Origin: a virus
Taxonomy: Duplodnaviria; Caudoviricetes
Length of the DNA: 64,000 nucleotides
Strand: one strand, 5' to 3'
Virus record (IMG/VR): IMGVR_UViG_3300014205_000170
Span: 1 to 64,000 of that record
Position numbers and translations under genes: made by a program. Under the pieces are notes generated by a model. It worked only from the letters and a program-made list of their open reading frames with translations. It was not told the DNA's origin and did no database searches. Shown here in pieces: positions 1 through 10,902 of this stretch; the first letter of the stretch is position 1; the number at the start of each line of letters is the position of its first letter.

Positions 1-2
1 AC

Positions 3-161
3 TACAACCCTTATTCTTTTATGTCTAACGACATTGTTGCTTGGAACGGTATTCTTACCAGCTTCGGAGCAATTGCACACTTAACCGCTGATGGAGATTC
101 ATTACGAATGGCCAATGAGGAAGAAGAAAGAAATTATCAAAATGCACCTCACTCATTATAA
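3..161 (+). CDS. Partial hypothetical protein (3' end)
   Basis: Open frame from the window edge to TAA at 159-161. Confidence 0.6.
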   Translation, partial: YNPYSFMSNDIVAWNGILTSFGAIAHLTADGDSLRMANEEEERNYQNAPHSL

Positions 162-174
162 GTAAATAGAACAC

Positions 175-507
175 ATGGATAACAACTTAGATAAACAGAT
201 TATAGATGCTCGATTGGCTTGTGAAAAAGCTAATTTAGAATTGGAACGTTTATTGGTAAAAAAGAATGAGTTCCCGCGATTAGAAAAAGTGGCAAGAACT
301 TTATTACGTGTTGGTCATTCAGACTCTTACGTAGAATCTCGTTTATATGCAACTCGTGGCCAAAATATATCTATCGAAGATATTTCAGGAATTATAACCG
401 ATGTAAAAAAATCAATTGAGATTTTAAGTAAAGGTGCTGATGTATCTAATTTTGGTAATCCTGTTGACTATCAAAAAGAAATTAGAGAAGATAGAAATTT
501 AAGTTAA
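175..507 (+). CDS. Hypothetical protein
   Basis: 110-aa ORF with A-rich leader. Confidence 0.75.
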   Translation: MDNNLDKQIIDARLACEKANLELERLLVKKNEFPRLEKVARTLLRVGHSDSYVESRLYATRGQNISIEDISGIITDVKKSIEILSKGADVSNFGNPVDYQKEIREDRNLS

Positions 508-547
508 TTGCCGTAACATTAGTTCAAGTAAAATCGTATAGTACAAT

Positions 548-985
548 ATGAAAGAACACGATATAGTAAAATCCAAACTTGACATAAGCATTCCAAAAGG
601 AATCATTCCTAAAGGTAGCAAAGGAACAATTGTTCATGTTTATAATGCACAATCAGTTGTGGTGGAATTTGTGGATGAGGCAGGAAAAACAATTGATGTT
701 GTTGATGTTAACAAGGAAGACTTACAAAAAGACCAAGTAGTATTAGAAGTTGTATTAAAGTTCTTATATCGTGTTGTAAAATTCATATTCGAAGTTCTTT
801 GGTGGTTGTTGAAATATATCATAAAAAATATACTGTGGATTTATCTTTATGCGTATATTGCATATGGATTTTACTTGATAAGTAAAGAAGAAGAGGTGAA
901 AAACAATTATTTGTTTTTAGGTATTATTTTATCTGTACTGTTTTGTATGGACTATGTTGATAACAAAATTAAAAAAGAAAAGTAA
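548..985 (+). CDS. DUF4926-like N-terminal domain plus membrane C-terminus
   Basis: KEHDIV..IPKGSKGTIVHVY..VEFVDEAGKT pattern, hydrophobic C-terminal segments, class I promoter. Confidence 0.6.
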   Translation: MKEHDIVKSKLDISIPKGIIPKGSKGTIVHVYNAQSVVVEFVDEAGKTIDVVDVNKEDLQKDQVVLEVVLKFLYRVVKFIFEVLWWLLKYIIKNILWIYLYAYIAYGFYLISKEEEVKNNYLFLGIILSVLFCMDYVDNKIKKEK

Positions 986-986
986 C

Positions 987-1271
987 ATGAAAGTAACTTT
1001 AAAATCGGTTGGAAATCCTGACTTTGGAGAAAATCCAAATGAATCTGTATGGGGTTGTGAAGACAATAAAGAAGTCACTGTAAATTCCTTTAAAGAAGCA
1101 AGTAAAGTTTGTTCAAAATTTATTGAAGAGAATGACCTCGGTAGTGGCAATTGGGCAGGTGGTCAAATAAAAGATGATAGCGGAAAGGTTATTGCTTTTG
1201 TTTCATACAATGGTCGTGTTTGGGAAGGCGCTGAATACACAGAACATAATATAGAAATTAAGATTAAGTAA
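987..1271 (+). CDS. Conserved phage hypothetical protein
   Basis: GNPDFGENP, DLGSGNWAGG, VSYNGRVW motifs; ATG at 987 preferred. Confidence 0.7.
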   Translation: MKVTLKSVGNPDFGENPNESVWGCEDNKEVTVNSFKEASKVCSKFIEENDLGSGNWAGGQIKDDSGKVIAFVSYNGRVWEGAEYTEHNIEIKIK

Positions 1272-1273
1272 AC

Positions 1274-1465
1274 ATGGATAAAATTGGATTGATTATTTTC
1301 GCAGCTTTGTTTACGTTTGTAACAGCAGTTGCATTTGACTTTGTGGTGTTTGTTTTAAAATCAGCGCCCAAACAAGCATATTTTTCAAGAAGACTTTGGA
1401 AACTTGCATTGTTAGCAGCCATAGCTTTGGTGTATTGGTATATGAATGGAATGAAATTTTTATAA
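1274..1465 (+). CDS. Small membrane protein
   Basis: Two hydrophobic segments. Confidence 0.6.
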   Translation: MDKIGLIIFAALFTFVTAVAFDFVVFVLKSAPKQAYFSRRLWKLALLAAIALVYWYMNGMKFL

Positions 1466-1502
1466 GTGATATTGGTTCATGGTTGGTTTAATGGTTCAAG
1501 AG

Positions 1503-1529
1503 AGCCGCTCGTAATTGGGCGGCTTTTTT
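1503..1529 (+). terminator. Rho-independent terminator
   Basis: AGCCGCTC/GGGCGGCT hairpin plus T tract. Confidence 0.8.
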
Positions 1530-1539
1530 GTTTTTTCTT

Positions 1540-1790
1540 CAGCCCTGGACTCGACCTGGTCCTGGGGCCGGCGACATCTTTGGCGCTTTTTCAACATGAA
1601 CTGATATACGAATATTCCGTTTTAACTTCTGCCAATCGTTTCTCATTTCGCGAATTGCGAAAGGCAGAAATCTATTCTGACTTATCGTATATATGAGACC
1701 TAGTAAAATCCACCCAGAACCAGCCGGCCCTTCAGGACCCAGGGAGGTCTGGCGAACTCCAGCTCCACCTTGGTTTTTTAAGTATTCCGT
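1540..1790. repeat. Class II element: divergent GGCAGA-N17-CGTATAT pair flanked by GC-rich segments
   Basis: Motif at 1602-1638(-) and 1662-1695(+); GCCGGCGACATCT shared with the 10.8 and 25.97 kb loci. Confidence 0.75.
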
Positions 1791-1855
1791 AAGTCATATA
1801 AATATCTTACCTTTGTTGTAACAATATGATACATAATTTCGTATAGTACAATAAG

Positions 1856-2719
1856 ATGGAAGTAGAAAATACACAAATACAGAAAGATTCATTGGTAGTT
1901 AAGGGCTATGAGTTTTTACGCCAACTATGCTCTTTTAAGGCTGATTACAGCTCTTTTAACAAAAGACCACACCCAAACACCAATCGCGTTGATTACATTA
2001 ATGCTCAGTTGGATAGGCATGGTATTCCTTATACAAACGATTATTTTATCCCAACGTTAGGAACTCCTGATGCGGAGCCTGATAAAATTATTGTAGATGG
2101 TTTTTCTACTTGTTTTGTGAATGTAATTGTTGAGATTGAAGGAACCAATAAAGAGCAAACTACTGTGTTTTTAGCTCACCATGACGTTAACAATAAACAC
2201 TCTGAGAATTGTCAGGACAATACAGCTTCGGTTGCAAACCTATTGGATTTATGTGTACGCTTGTCAAAAGACAAACCTGCAAATAATGTGGTTATTGCTT
2301 TTGTGGATGCAGAAGAAATTGTAAGACCTGATGTTTGTGGTTCAAGACGTTTAGGAAATAATATTTTGGCAGGTAAATACGGTAACGTAAAATACGCAGT
2401 AAACCTTGAGTTAACAGCGAATGGACGTAACTATTGGATGTCATTTGAAAATGAGAGCTTGTTAACTGAAACTATTGAAGAAAAGCACCCAAACACAGCA
2501 AAGGTAATGACTCCTTATAACGATGCTTGGGTACTTGAGCTTACAGGTGTTCCAAGTGCTTGTATTGGTTCTTTGGATAATTTTAATATAGCCTCAGTAA
2601 GAGCAAAAGGGTTTTGTAAAACATGGGCAATGTGCCATAGACTTGAAGATACATTTGATTCTCAAGCAAACGAAGCCGATATGGATTTATTTATGGAATA
2701 TCTTTTAACTTTGATTTAA
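1856..2719 (+). CDS. M28 family Zn metallopeptidase
   Basis: AHHD, QDNTAS, DAEE, NLE and C-terminal H..ED motifs; paralog at 34480. Confidence 0.8.
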   Translation: MEVENTQIQKDSLVVKGYEFLRQLCSFKADYSSFNKRPHPNTNRVDYINAQLDRHGIPYTNDYFIPTLGTPDAEPDKIIVDGFSTCFVNVIVEIEGTNKEQTTVFLAHHDVNNKHSENCQDNTASVANLLDLCVRLSKDKPANNVVIAFVDAEEIVRPDVCGSRRLGNNILAGKYGNVKYAVNLELTANGRNYWMSFENESLLTETIEEKHPNTAKVMTPYNDAWVLELTGVPSACIGSLDNFNIASVRAKGFCKTWAMCHRLEDTFDSQANEADMDLFMEYLLTLI

Positions 2720-3075
2720 TGAATAAAAAGATTAAAGATTTTACAATCAGTTTTTTTATTCTTATGTCTTTTGGAATTACTGGAATTGAAGTTGTGATAG
2801 GTTTTGTAACTCTAGGTTTATATCAAAAATTATTTCCTGTTGGATTTAGTCAAAAATTATTAAGACATATTCAAAAAAAAACATACTAATGAAAAAAACC
2901 GATAAAGACATTAATCTTGATGAAGCTCTTGAAAAAGCTGTTAAGGCAAAAAAGAAAAAAGTTAAGGTTGGTTCATTAACAATGGACGTTGAACAACAAA
3001 CCATTGGTAAAAGAACTTTCAATATCGGAACTCTTAATCTGTAACACCGTTTCTTTTTAATTCGTATAGTACGGC

Positions 3076-3279
3076 ATGAGAGATTTAGTTTTATCCCGTA
3101 TCAATTCAATTGCTCACCAGCAAAGGAATTTCCCAAAAACAACAATGCGTTGGCAGAATTTTACCTTTCAAGGTAAACACATCTCAGATATAGATGCTGA
3201 TTTTGTTGAGGGTTTAAGCGATGCTGACCTGTTAACATTCTATGAATCATTAATTCGTCAGGTAAATAAATCAATGTAA
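3076..3279 (+). CDS. Hypothetical protein
   Basis: ATG 3 nt after class I promoter. Confidence 0.7.
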   Translation: MRDLVLSRINSIAHQQRNFPKTTMRWQNFTFQGKHISDIDADFVEGLSDADLLTFYESLIRQVNKSM

Positions 3280-3479
3280 AATGCAAATGCAATCACACAC
3301 AGTTAATCGCCATCTTGCTTTGATAAATAAAATTCAAACGCTTAGGGCAATTGTTGAAACAAAGCGTAAATGGTCTTATCTACCTAATACCTGCAAACGT
3401 ATTTGTAATATATTAGAAAGAGACCATTGGAATTACACAAAAAACTTAAGTCCTTTTGGATTTTTAATAAACATATAAC

Positions 3480-3806
3480 ATGGCAATGGAACCCCAAGAA
3501 TATCGAGAGAAACTCAAAGCGTTAGAACTCGAATATGAGAAGAAACGTAAAATCCTACACGTTGAGTATGCTATGGGTACAGCAAAATATGGCATTGGCG
3601 ATATTATTAAAGATAACATTAAAGCTATTCTTATTAATAAAATCACTGTTAATAAGCATTGGGAAGAATTACCTGAGCCAGTTTATCATGGTATTGAATT
3701 AGCTAAAGATATGAAGCCAAAGAAAAAACGCAACGATGCGAGTATCTATGGCAATGGTCATAAAAATAATCCGGTCGAGCTTGTTAAAAAAGCTGACCAA
3801 GTGTAA
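3480..3806 (+). CDS. Hypothetical protein
   Basis: 108 aa; stop lies in GTAAC of the next promoter. Confidence 0.75.
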   Translation: MAMEPQEYREKLKALELEYEKKRKILHVEYAMGTAKYGIGDIIKDNIKAILINKITVNKHWEELPEPVYHGIELAKDMKPKKKRNDASIYGNGHKNNPVELVKKADQV

Positions 3807-3837
3807 CACACATTTTTTCTAATTCGTATAGTACCGT

Positions 3838-4113
3838 ATGGACACAGCAAAGGAAATACAAAAGGTAAACGAACAACATAATAAATTACCCTATTCAGCT
3901 TTTAGAGCTTTTATGAATAGGATTTTTGTAAAAAATGCTATACAATGCGTTTGTTGTGCAAGTTGGGATACTCAATATATTTCAAGTGCGGGTACATGGA
4001 TAAAATCCAACCATACTAAATTAAAACTTACACCCATTAATAATTGGCACTATCACATTTGTCGTACTTGTGGTAAAGCTATGACAATATCAATTAATCC
4101 TGTTAATAAATAA
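3838..4113 (+). CDS. Small Zn-ribbon protein
   Basis: CVCC...CRTC; class I promoter. Confidence 0.65.
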   Translation: MDTAKEIQKVNEQHNKLPYSAFRAFMNRIFVKNAIQCVCCASWDTQYISSAGTWIKSNHTKLKLTPINNWHYHICRTCGKAMTISINPVNK

Positions 4114-4413
4114 AATACATGAGTAATAGCAAATACATAAAATATTATATTAACGGTAAAGAAGTTGATAAAAAAATTATCACACAAAGAAAAGGTAAAT
4201 TGACCAATACCACCACTGTTGTAAAAAAACATTATGAAGCTACATTAACAATCGAGGAAAAAAAAGAACGTGACGTAGCTGCGAAAAATTCTGCTAAGTT
4301 CTTTCAAAACATGAGAGATATGAGAGAAGACTCAGAAAAATATCATGGAGGATAAGTGTAACGCAAAATCCAGGAAAATCGTATAGTACAGTATAACCAA
4401 ACACAAACACATT

Positions 4414-4635
4414 ATGGATACTGCAAAATTAACTCCGGTACATATCTCAACAATAAAATCAGGAGATACGATTGAACACGAAGGAAAGCTTACCACTGTA
4501 TGTGCAAACAACATAAAAAGAGGTGGATTTTGTGGAGATACTCTATTTGGAGATAGCTACCGTTCAGGAACCGTTCTTGTTAAAAAGGTTGTAGGATGGG
4601 TTGGTAAAAATGGTGATGTTTTTCCTGTGAGATAA
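4414..4635 (+). CDS. Conserved phage hypothetical protein
   Basis: VHISTIKSGDTIEHEG..TLFGDSY; class I promoter. Confidence 0.7.
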   Translation: MDTAKLTPVHISTIKSGDTIEHEGKLTTVCANNIKRGGFCGDTLFGDSYRSGTVLVKKVVGWVGKNGDVFPVR

Positions 4636-4817
4636 ATTATTTTAAAATAAGTGTAACACCAAAGAAATAAAAGTCGTATAGTACAATAGAAAAGCAAAAG
4701 AAACTAAAAATCGAAAGTTATGAAAAAGTAAAAACGTAAAACCCAAACTTATGCCCTTGTCGTTCGGGGATGCAAACATAAGAAAAATGCCCAATTTGCG
4801 GGAAGAACGAAACAAAA

Positions 4818-4891
4818 GGTGAGGTAGCTCAGTTGGTAGAGCAGCGGCCAAGAAAAACCGTGTGTCGGATGTTCGATTCATTCTCTCACCA
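4818..4891 (+). tRNA. tRNA-like RNA (Phe-like GAA, aberrant anticodon arm)
   Basis: Acceptor GGTGAGG/TCTCACC, D arm GCTC/GAGC, T loop TTCGATT; 18-nt anticodon arm with no U33. Confidence 0.75.
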
Positions 4892-6173
4892 CAATTAAAA
4901 GTATGTTCTGTGTCTATGGTTTATGTTGGTTCAAACCGCCTCGAAGAAATTCGGGGCGTTTTGTTTTAATGTGGACACAATGTCCAAATAAGTGTCCAGA
5001 TGTGTAACGTGGCAATAGGATTTTACGTATAGTACAATAGAAACAAACAACCCCTTATAAAAATGGAAACAGCAATTTGGATTTTAGCTTGCATTGCAAT
5101 TAGTTTTGCAGCAGGTTGTGTAATCAACAAACAAAAAAAAGAAATTAAAGCATGGCAAGATAAAGCAAGCCGTCTTGCAACTAAAGGTACACATATGGAA
5201 GTGGAACACGCTGCTGCAATCGGTGAAAAGAATAAAGAAATTAAATTCTTACGTGAGCATCTTACGCAACAATCACAAGATATGCAAGTGTTACAAAAAT
5301 TAGCAACAAAGAAATAATGGAAGATATTACAGTAGTTCAGATTGGAGCAGCAATGATAGCTTTTGGTGCTTTGATATTTTGTGTAGGATTAATTCTTATC
5401 ATGAAAAGTAATAAAACCCCTCAGTGGGAAGCTATTTGCGATAAACAGCAAGAGGTTATCGACATACAAAAAACAACTATCAAAAATCAAAGAGATACGA
5501 TTGATAACTATAAAAAAATACTTGGTAAAGGCATATTTTTTGTCGACCTACCACAACAAAATTAATAATGGCAAAGAAGAAGAAAAATAAACGCAAAAAG
5601 AAACTAACAGTGGAATCTATCCGTTCGGAACACAAACGAAAGGATATGAAAGACGCTGGCGTTTATGACGGGAGATATAGACCGCGTGTTGTGAAGGATA
5701 AGAACAAGTATGACCGGAAAGACAAGCATAGGGGGAGACGTGAAGAGTAACTTTAACTCAAAATACTTCTACAAAAACGGTTGTTTCCCTACGGTCGGTT
5801 TTAACCTATATGGGTATTGGAACACATTTCTTTATCTACTTTATAAGAATAGAAAAAATGACATCGCTCCCTTTTTTGTTTCGGTCATCATAACTGCCTT
5901 ATTGTTATTTTTAATTTATAAGGTGTAACTTAAAATCCAGGAAAATCGTATAGTACAATATGGCATATATAGGTAGAATTCCAATGGGTGCTTTCCGACG
6001 TTCAGGAAACTCAGGGTATATGGGAACTGGTAGCGGAGGAGACGATGGAGATGATAATGATTTTAAATATATATTTTGGTCACTTTTTAGTATTCTTGCC
6101 GCTTTTGTTATAGCATTCATTTGTGCTTATAGTTAAATGTAACACCGTTCAAAATAAATTCGTATAGTACAAT

Positions 6174-6572
6174 ATGAGAACTAAAGTAAAAATCGGACAA
6201 GTAACCCTAGGAAAAGTAGACTTAGGTAAAATTAAAGTTTATGATATTGTCACGGGTAAAGTTTGGGCAAACGAAGTATTTGAAACATACGAAGAAGCTG
6301 AGGAGTTTTGTAAGGACAACAAATTAACTATTGTAGAAAAGCAAGAGGTTAAGTTGAAATTTGAAGAAACAATTCAAGGAGTTATGGTTGATTCTGAAGA
6401 TAACAACGAAGTAAAATTAACTGATGTTTCTACGAGTACAGATAAAAATCGTAAGGATGCTGATGGAGGTTTATTTATTCGTTTAATTTCAAATTGTCCT
6501 GACGAATCTCACTACGACATAAACAGCTTGATAGGTCGTAAAATCCGTATAACAATTGAAACTATCGACTAA
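6174..6572 (+). CDS. Hypothetical protein
   Basis: 132 aa; class I promoter. Confidence 0.75.
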   Translation: MRTKVKIGQVTLGKVDLGKIKVYDIVTGKVWANEVFETYEEAEEFCKDNKLTIVEKQEVKLKFEETIQGVMVDSEDNNEVKLTDVSTSTDKNRKDADGGLFIRLISNCPDESHYDINSLIGRKIRITIETID

Positions 6573-7052
6573 TGTTTAAAAAACTCAAAAAATGGTGGCA
6601 AGACTTATCACTAATTAAATGTGATTATTGCGGTAATAAAGTTAAATATGCACACTATGCTTTTAACTTACCAGTCAAAGAATATAAAGACCCAGAGATA
6701 TGTATTGATTGTGTCAAACAGTTAGACCAAACAAACATCACTTATGTTAATAACCTGTAACGCACTTACAGGTTTTTTCGTATAGTACCATATAAACCAA
6801 AACAAACAATATGAAAATAGTATATTCTACACTCTATCTTTTGAAAGATAGTCATGGTAATATGACCAGCACAGTTGCTGAGGATAGTTCTAATACAGTT
6901 CAAATATGCGGAATGAAAGATGCAGATGGAAAGGATGCGTATTTTGAAAGTTCGGCTTATCATCTCGGAACTTTTTGTGATACAAACAAAATAGAATTAA
7001 AAGTAATTAAGCGTGAAGAAGATTTTGATAAACTTTGGGAAGAAGCAAAATA

Positions 7053-7919
7053 ATGAAAGAGACAGAACAAAAAATATCAAAAGAAAAAATCGAATGGGTA
7101 AAAACCTATCTCGCTGTATTTGCTAAAATGTACAAACTACAAACAAGCAAAACTTTAACTTCGGTTGACCAAATCATCAAGTTAATTTCTAGTGGAGAAT
7201 TTACATTTGACGATGTGTTTGAAACGTTTTTATGTCAATGTTTGGATACAAACGCAAGTAAGACCGAACAAATATTTTGGGAAGACAACATGAGTCTTTT
7301 TTATGTTGAGAATTATTTTCCTAATGACAACAAGAATGTAGGCGAAGGTGCATGGATAAAAATTCGTACCGAAAATGGTTTTGAAGTTCACTATGCAAAA
7401 AAAGCGAATCGTAAACGTCGTTATAATGAGGAATACGAAGCAGCTCAAAAGAAATATGCAAAACTTTTAAAGGTTACTATTGCAGAACTTGAGGACATGA
7501 CAATTCCTTATAGTGAAAAGAAAACTGATGAAAAGGAAAGTAAAATCAAAAAAACGGAACGACAAATGTATGAAGCTGGGGTAAGGATGGCATTGTTGTT
7601 ACCTGTGTACGAAGTAAAAATCATGCGCACCAAAACTGTTGCGGAATATTATTTACCTACGCAATATGAACTTGTAACTGATATTGATGAGTTCTCTGAT
7701 GCTTATATCAACCAAATTCCGGGTGTGAATATCAAATCACTTTATAGTGCAGCAAATAAAGATGCAGTATTCTATTTACAAAGCAGAGGTATTTCAAAGA
7801 AGGTAGCAGAAATGATGGCAGCATTAAAACAAACATACTTCAAAGTAAACATGGAAGAAGCAATAAATGCTTACAATGATTTCCTAAGAAAACACGTACA
7901 AATTGTAGAAACCAATTAA
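7053..7919 (+). CDS. Hypothetical protein with SufB/SufD-like C-terminal motif
   Basis: DAVFYLQSRGISKKVAEMM; ATG overlaps the upstream stop. Confidence 0.6.
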   Translation: MKETEQKISKEKIEWVKTYLAVFAKMYKLQTSKTLTSVDQIIKLISSGEFTFDDVFETFLCQCLDTNASKTEQIFWEDNMSLFYVENYFPNDNKNVGEGAWIKIRTENGFEVHYAKKANRKRRYNEEYEAAQKKYAKLLKVTIAELEDMTIPYSEKKTDEKESKIKKTERQMYEAGVRMALLLPVYEVKIMRTKTVAEYYLPTQYELVTDIDEFSDAYINQIPGVNIKSLYSAANKDAVFYLQSRGISKKVAEMMAALKQTYFKVNMEEAINAYNDFLRKHVQIVETN

Positions 7920-8010
7920 GATAAACGAAGTCTTTGGAATAAGCTATAAACGCTAATACTAAGGACGCGACAACTAAAAAGGTCGAGAACGATTCCTTAT
8001 AGACTTCACA

Positions 8011-8039
8011 AAAGCCCTCACAGAAATGTGGGGGTTTTT
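8011..8039 (+). terminator. Rho-independent terminator
   Basis: CCCTCACA-GAAA-TGTGGGGG plus T tract; near-identical to 25898. Confidence 0.8.
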
Positions 8040-8047
8040 GCGTTTTT

Positions 8048-8152
8048 ACTGGGCGAGGAAGATTTTTCCCTGGGGACCGGAGCCGGCTGCAGCTGGAGCG
8101 TTTTCCTTTATAACCTGATATACGAAAACTCCGAATTGTTTTCTGCCAACCG
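8048..8152 (-). repeat. Class II element with GC-rich segment
   Basis: TGATATACG-N17-TCTGCCAA at 8116-8149 next to a CCCTGG/GCCGGC-rich segment. Confidence 0.75.
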
Positions 8153-8563
8153 AATTATGAAAAATAGTTTGGATTTTACTTGCTAGTGTAACTCCTTTTT
8201 CTTTATATTCGTATAGTACATAAACAAAAGGTAAACATGAGTCAAAACGCGAATTCAGAACCATTTCGTACCCATATAGTAAAGGGACGTTTAAATATCA
8301 ATCCGAACAATGATATGGTTAAGCATTGGTTATTTGATGCTGATGTAAAGAACGAACAAGAGTGTTTAAAGGCCGAGAATGAAGCAGAGCTTGCCAACTC
8401 TATGGCAAAGGTATGTATTGACAATGGGATGAATGCAAATGATTTACAGCATCTTTTCCCAGCAGTTCTAAGGATGCTAAAGTCTAAATCTAATTGGACA
8501 AAATAAGTGTAACGTAGTGTTTTGTAAAATCGTATAGTACAGTATAACCAACCAAAACAAACT

Positions 8564-8929
8564 ATGGAAGATATTTTTAATATAATAGAAGAAACTGTAA
8601 AAGAGGAAAATCAAAGTGTTGTTGTTTTAGACACAACTAAGCCTAACAGTATTGATAACGAAAGTGAGGATACAATTATTATCCCTTTAGCTTATCAAAT
8701 CATTACCACAAAAGATAATCAACCTACCGGAAAAAAGGATACAATCGTTGACACGTACTTATGCGACCGTGCTAAAGGAATTGTTCCAAAAGAAAAAGCA
8801 CAAAAGAAAGCCGACATGATGAAAAAAGTATTTCAAAAGAACACTTATTTTGTATTGGCTTCTTATAGTGTAATTCGTCCAAATCAAAAGGCTTTTACTA
8901 AAGATGAAATAATCTACCAAACCAAATAA
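8564..8929 (+). CDS. Hypothetical protein
   Basis: 121 aa; class I promoter. Confidence 0.7.
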   Translation: MEDIFNIIEETVKEENQSVVVLDTTKPNSIDNESEDTIIIPLAYQIITTKDNQPTGKKDTIVDTYLCDRAKGIVPKEKAQKKADMMKKVFQKNTYFVLASYSVIRPNQKAFTKDEIIYQTK

Positions 8930-8930
8930 T

Positions 8931-9230
8931 ATGAAGCAGTTAAAAATCAGTCCAAAAAAGGTACTTCCTTTTATAGTGTGTGCGCTTATAATTTTATTAT
9001 CAGGTTGCGCTGATGTGTCTCATGTAGAACAATGTTTACCGGTTGCGGAACATACATATGGGTTTTGGGGTGGTCTATGGCATGGTCTAATCTGTTTCTT
9101 TTCATTCATTGGGGAGCTTTGCTCGAATGATATTGCGGTGTATGCCAAGAATAATAATGGTGGCTAGTATGACTTTGGGTTTATTTTGGGCACAGGTGGT
9201 TTTGGAAAAGGTCTTAGTTTATTATTGTAA
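8931..9230 (+). pseudogene. Putative lipoprotein interrupted by in-frame TAG (likely from TGG)
   Basis: LLSGC lipobox, GFWGGLWHG; NNGG*YDFGFILG continues in frame to TAA at 9228-9230. Confidence 0.6.
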
Positions 9231-9259
9231 CATTCTCCCTTAAAAATCGTTTTATAGAT

Positions 9260-9613
9260 ATGAGCAAAATCTTAATAATTATATTCAAAGGGTTAGCGTT
9301 TTTCCTTATCCACATACTGATAACTCTCCCTCTACTCACTTATATCATACAAGATATAATTAAATTGTATGAATTAAGTCTCTTGTATGATTTAAAAGAC
9401 GAAACAGTATATGGCGCATTGATATTAATATCAATCATCAAACTGAAAGTTAACAAGGGATACATTCTCACAGCTAAAGATGAAGAATCAGATGAAGACA
9501 AATATGGTATGCCAAAAACTGTTCAGTATATTTTAATGTTACTTTCTTATATTATTGTGATGTTGATTTTGTGGGGAGCGGCATATTTTGTTCATTATAT
9601 TAAACATTTTTAA
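9260..9613 (+). CDS. Membrane protein
   Basis: Three hydrophobic segments. Confidence 0.65.
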   Translation: MSKILIIIFKGLAFFLIHILITLPLLTYIIQDIIKLYELSLLYDLKDETVYGALILISIIKLKVNKGYILTAKDEESDEDKYGMPKTVQYILMLLSYIIVMLILWGAAYFVHYIKHF

Positions 9614-9616
9614 AAC

Positions 9617-10036
9617 ATGGAAAAAGAAACTTTAATGGCCAAATTTAATAAGGCTCCAGCATTGATACAATTCATTATATGGTTCATATTTTGTTACACG
9701 GTGTTTTTTATTGCTTGGAGTCTTGTAGAAATGAGAACACAAATGTTGAACAAATTAGACTCAGACCTTACATCAACTATCATATCGGTCATCCTTGCAT
9801 TAATGTTTACTATAATGCAACACCAAATGAAAAAGTCTAAAAGATTTTGGGAAACGTTACGTGAAATAGAAACAGAGGTAACTAACAGTACTACCGCTGA
9901 TGAATTAAAAAGTTTAAGAAAGAGATTGCGTACACTTGCCAATACAGAAGTATATCATATTATGATTATGGAATGTAATAAGGTTTTTACAATCATTGAT
10001 ACTCGGTTGAGATACGAATTTAAGGAATCGGAATGA
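9617..10036 (+). CDS. Membrane protein
   Basis: Two TM segments and a helical C-terminus. Confidence 0.65.
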   Translation: MEKETLMAKFNKAPALIQFIIWFIFCYTVFFIAWSLVEMRTQMLNKLDSDLTSTIISVILALMFTIMQHQMKKSKRFWETLREIETEVTNSTTADELKSLRKRLRTLANTEVYHIMIMECNKVFTIIDTRLRYEFKESE

Positions 10037-10581
10037 ATAACGAATTATATCAGCAACTCTACAACCTCTTTATGTCATATAAAGGGGTTGGTTTCGTTTC
10101 ACTCCAGTATAAGAATAAACACGGAGAGTTAAGTAAACGTTTATTGAATGTTGGTGCAAATTATGATAACGCAAAGAAGTCTGATTTAAAATTATTAGAG
10201 AATGGAATTGAATACGTTCCTTCTAACGACTATACTCAAGCAGATTGGAATACAGCACTGATGGAATTAAAAGAGTCTCTCACAACTCCTAATGCAGTTT
10301 TATCTCAAGCACAATCGAATGCTTATATGCACTTTAATGATTATAATTACAGTATTAAATATAATTTCGAACAGAAAGAAATTTATTTATTCGCTAAATC
10401 AGAGAAGAAAGAAGTGTTACAAGCTGGAACAAAGAAAGAAGTAAAATCCTCACCAAAAACCCTAGCCAAAAAAGCTATCGGTGAATTTCTTAAGACAACT
10501 AAATTTCGTACATTCATTTTAAAAGGTGTGCGAGGTACTGTAAAAGTTAATGGACAAACATTGGACATTATAGTCGATTAA
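10033..10581 (+). CDS. Hypothetical protein
   Basis: 182 aa, ATGA overlap, followed by terminator. Confidence 0.8.
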   Translation: MNNELYQQLYNLFMSYKGVGFVSLQYKNKHGELSKRLLNVGANYDNAKKSDLKLLENGIEYVPSNDYTQADWNTALMELKESLTTPNAVLSQAQSNAYMHFNDYNYSIKYNFEQKEIYLFAKSEKKEVLQAGTKKEVKSSPKTLAKKAIGEFLKTTKFRTFILKGVRGTVKVNGQTLDIIVD

Positions 10582-10600
10582 TAATTAAATAATATTTTTT

Positions 10601-10632
10601 AAAAGCCACTCTGTAATGGGGTGGCTTTTTTT
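10601..10632 (+). terminator. Rho-independent terminator
   Basis: AAAAGCCAC/GTGGCTTTT plus T tract. Confidence 0.8.
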
Positions 10633-10637
10633 ATTTC

Positions 10638-10850
10638 ACCTGGCGGAATTCTTCCCTGGTCCCAGCCGGCGTGCAGGCAGCGGCTGGTTTTTGGTTTTGT
10701 ACTGATATACGAATAGTCAGAATAAGTTTCTGCCAAACGAATAGGTTTACGAATGGTAGATTTGTAATTGGATTTTTCGTATATCAATTATAAGTTAAAA
10801 AACGACGAAAGATGTCGCCGGCTGGAAGGCCAGCTGAAGAAGCTGGAACA
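10638..10850. repeat. Class II element: divergent pair with GC-rich flanks
   Basis: 10703-10739(-), 10754-10786(+); AGATGTCGCCGGC at about 10810. Confidence 0.75.
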
Positions 10851-10902
10851 TAGACACAATGTCTATGTAACACAATACAATCCTTTTCCGTATAGTACGC
10901 AA

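Noticed and set aside
1466-1696. ORF-track entries over class II islands and tRNAs (1466, 4642, 8046, 10599, 25877, 5' part of 10768)
   Set aside because: They overlap terminators, promoter-like motifs or tRNA-like genes and have atypical composition
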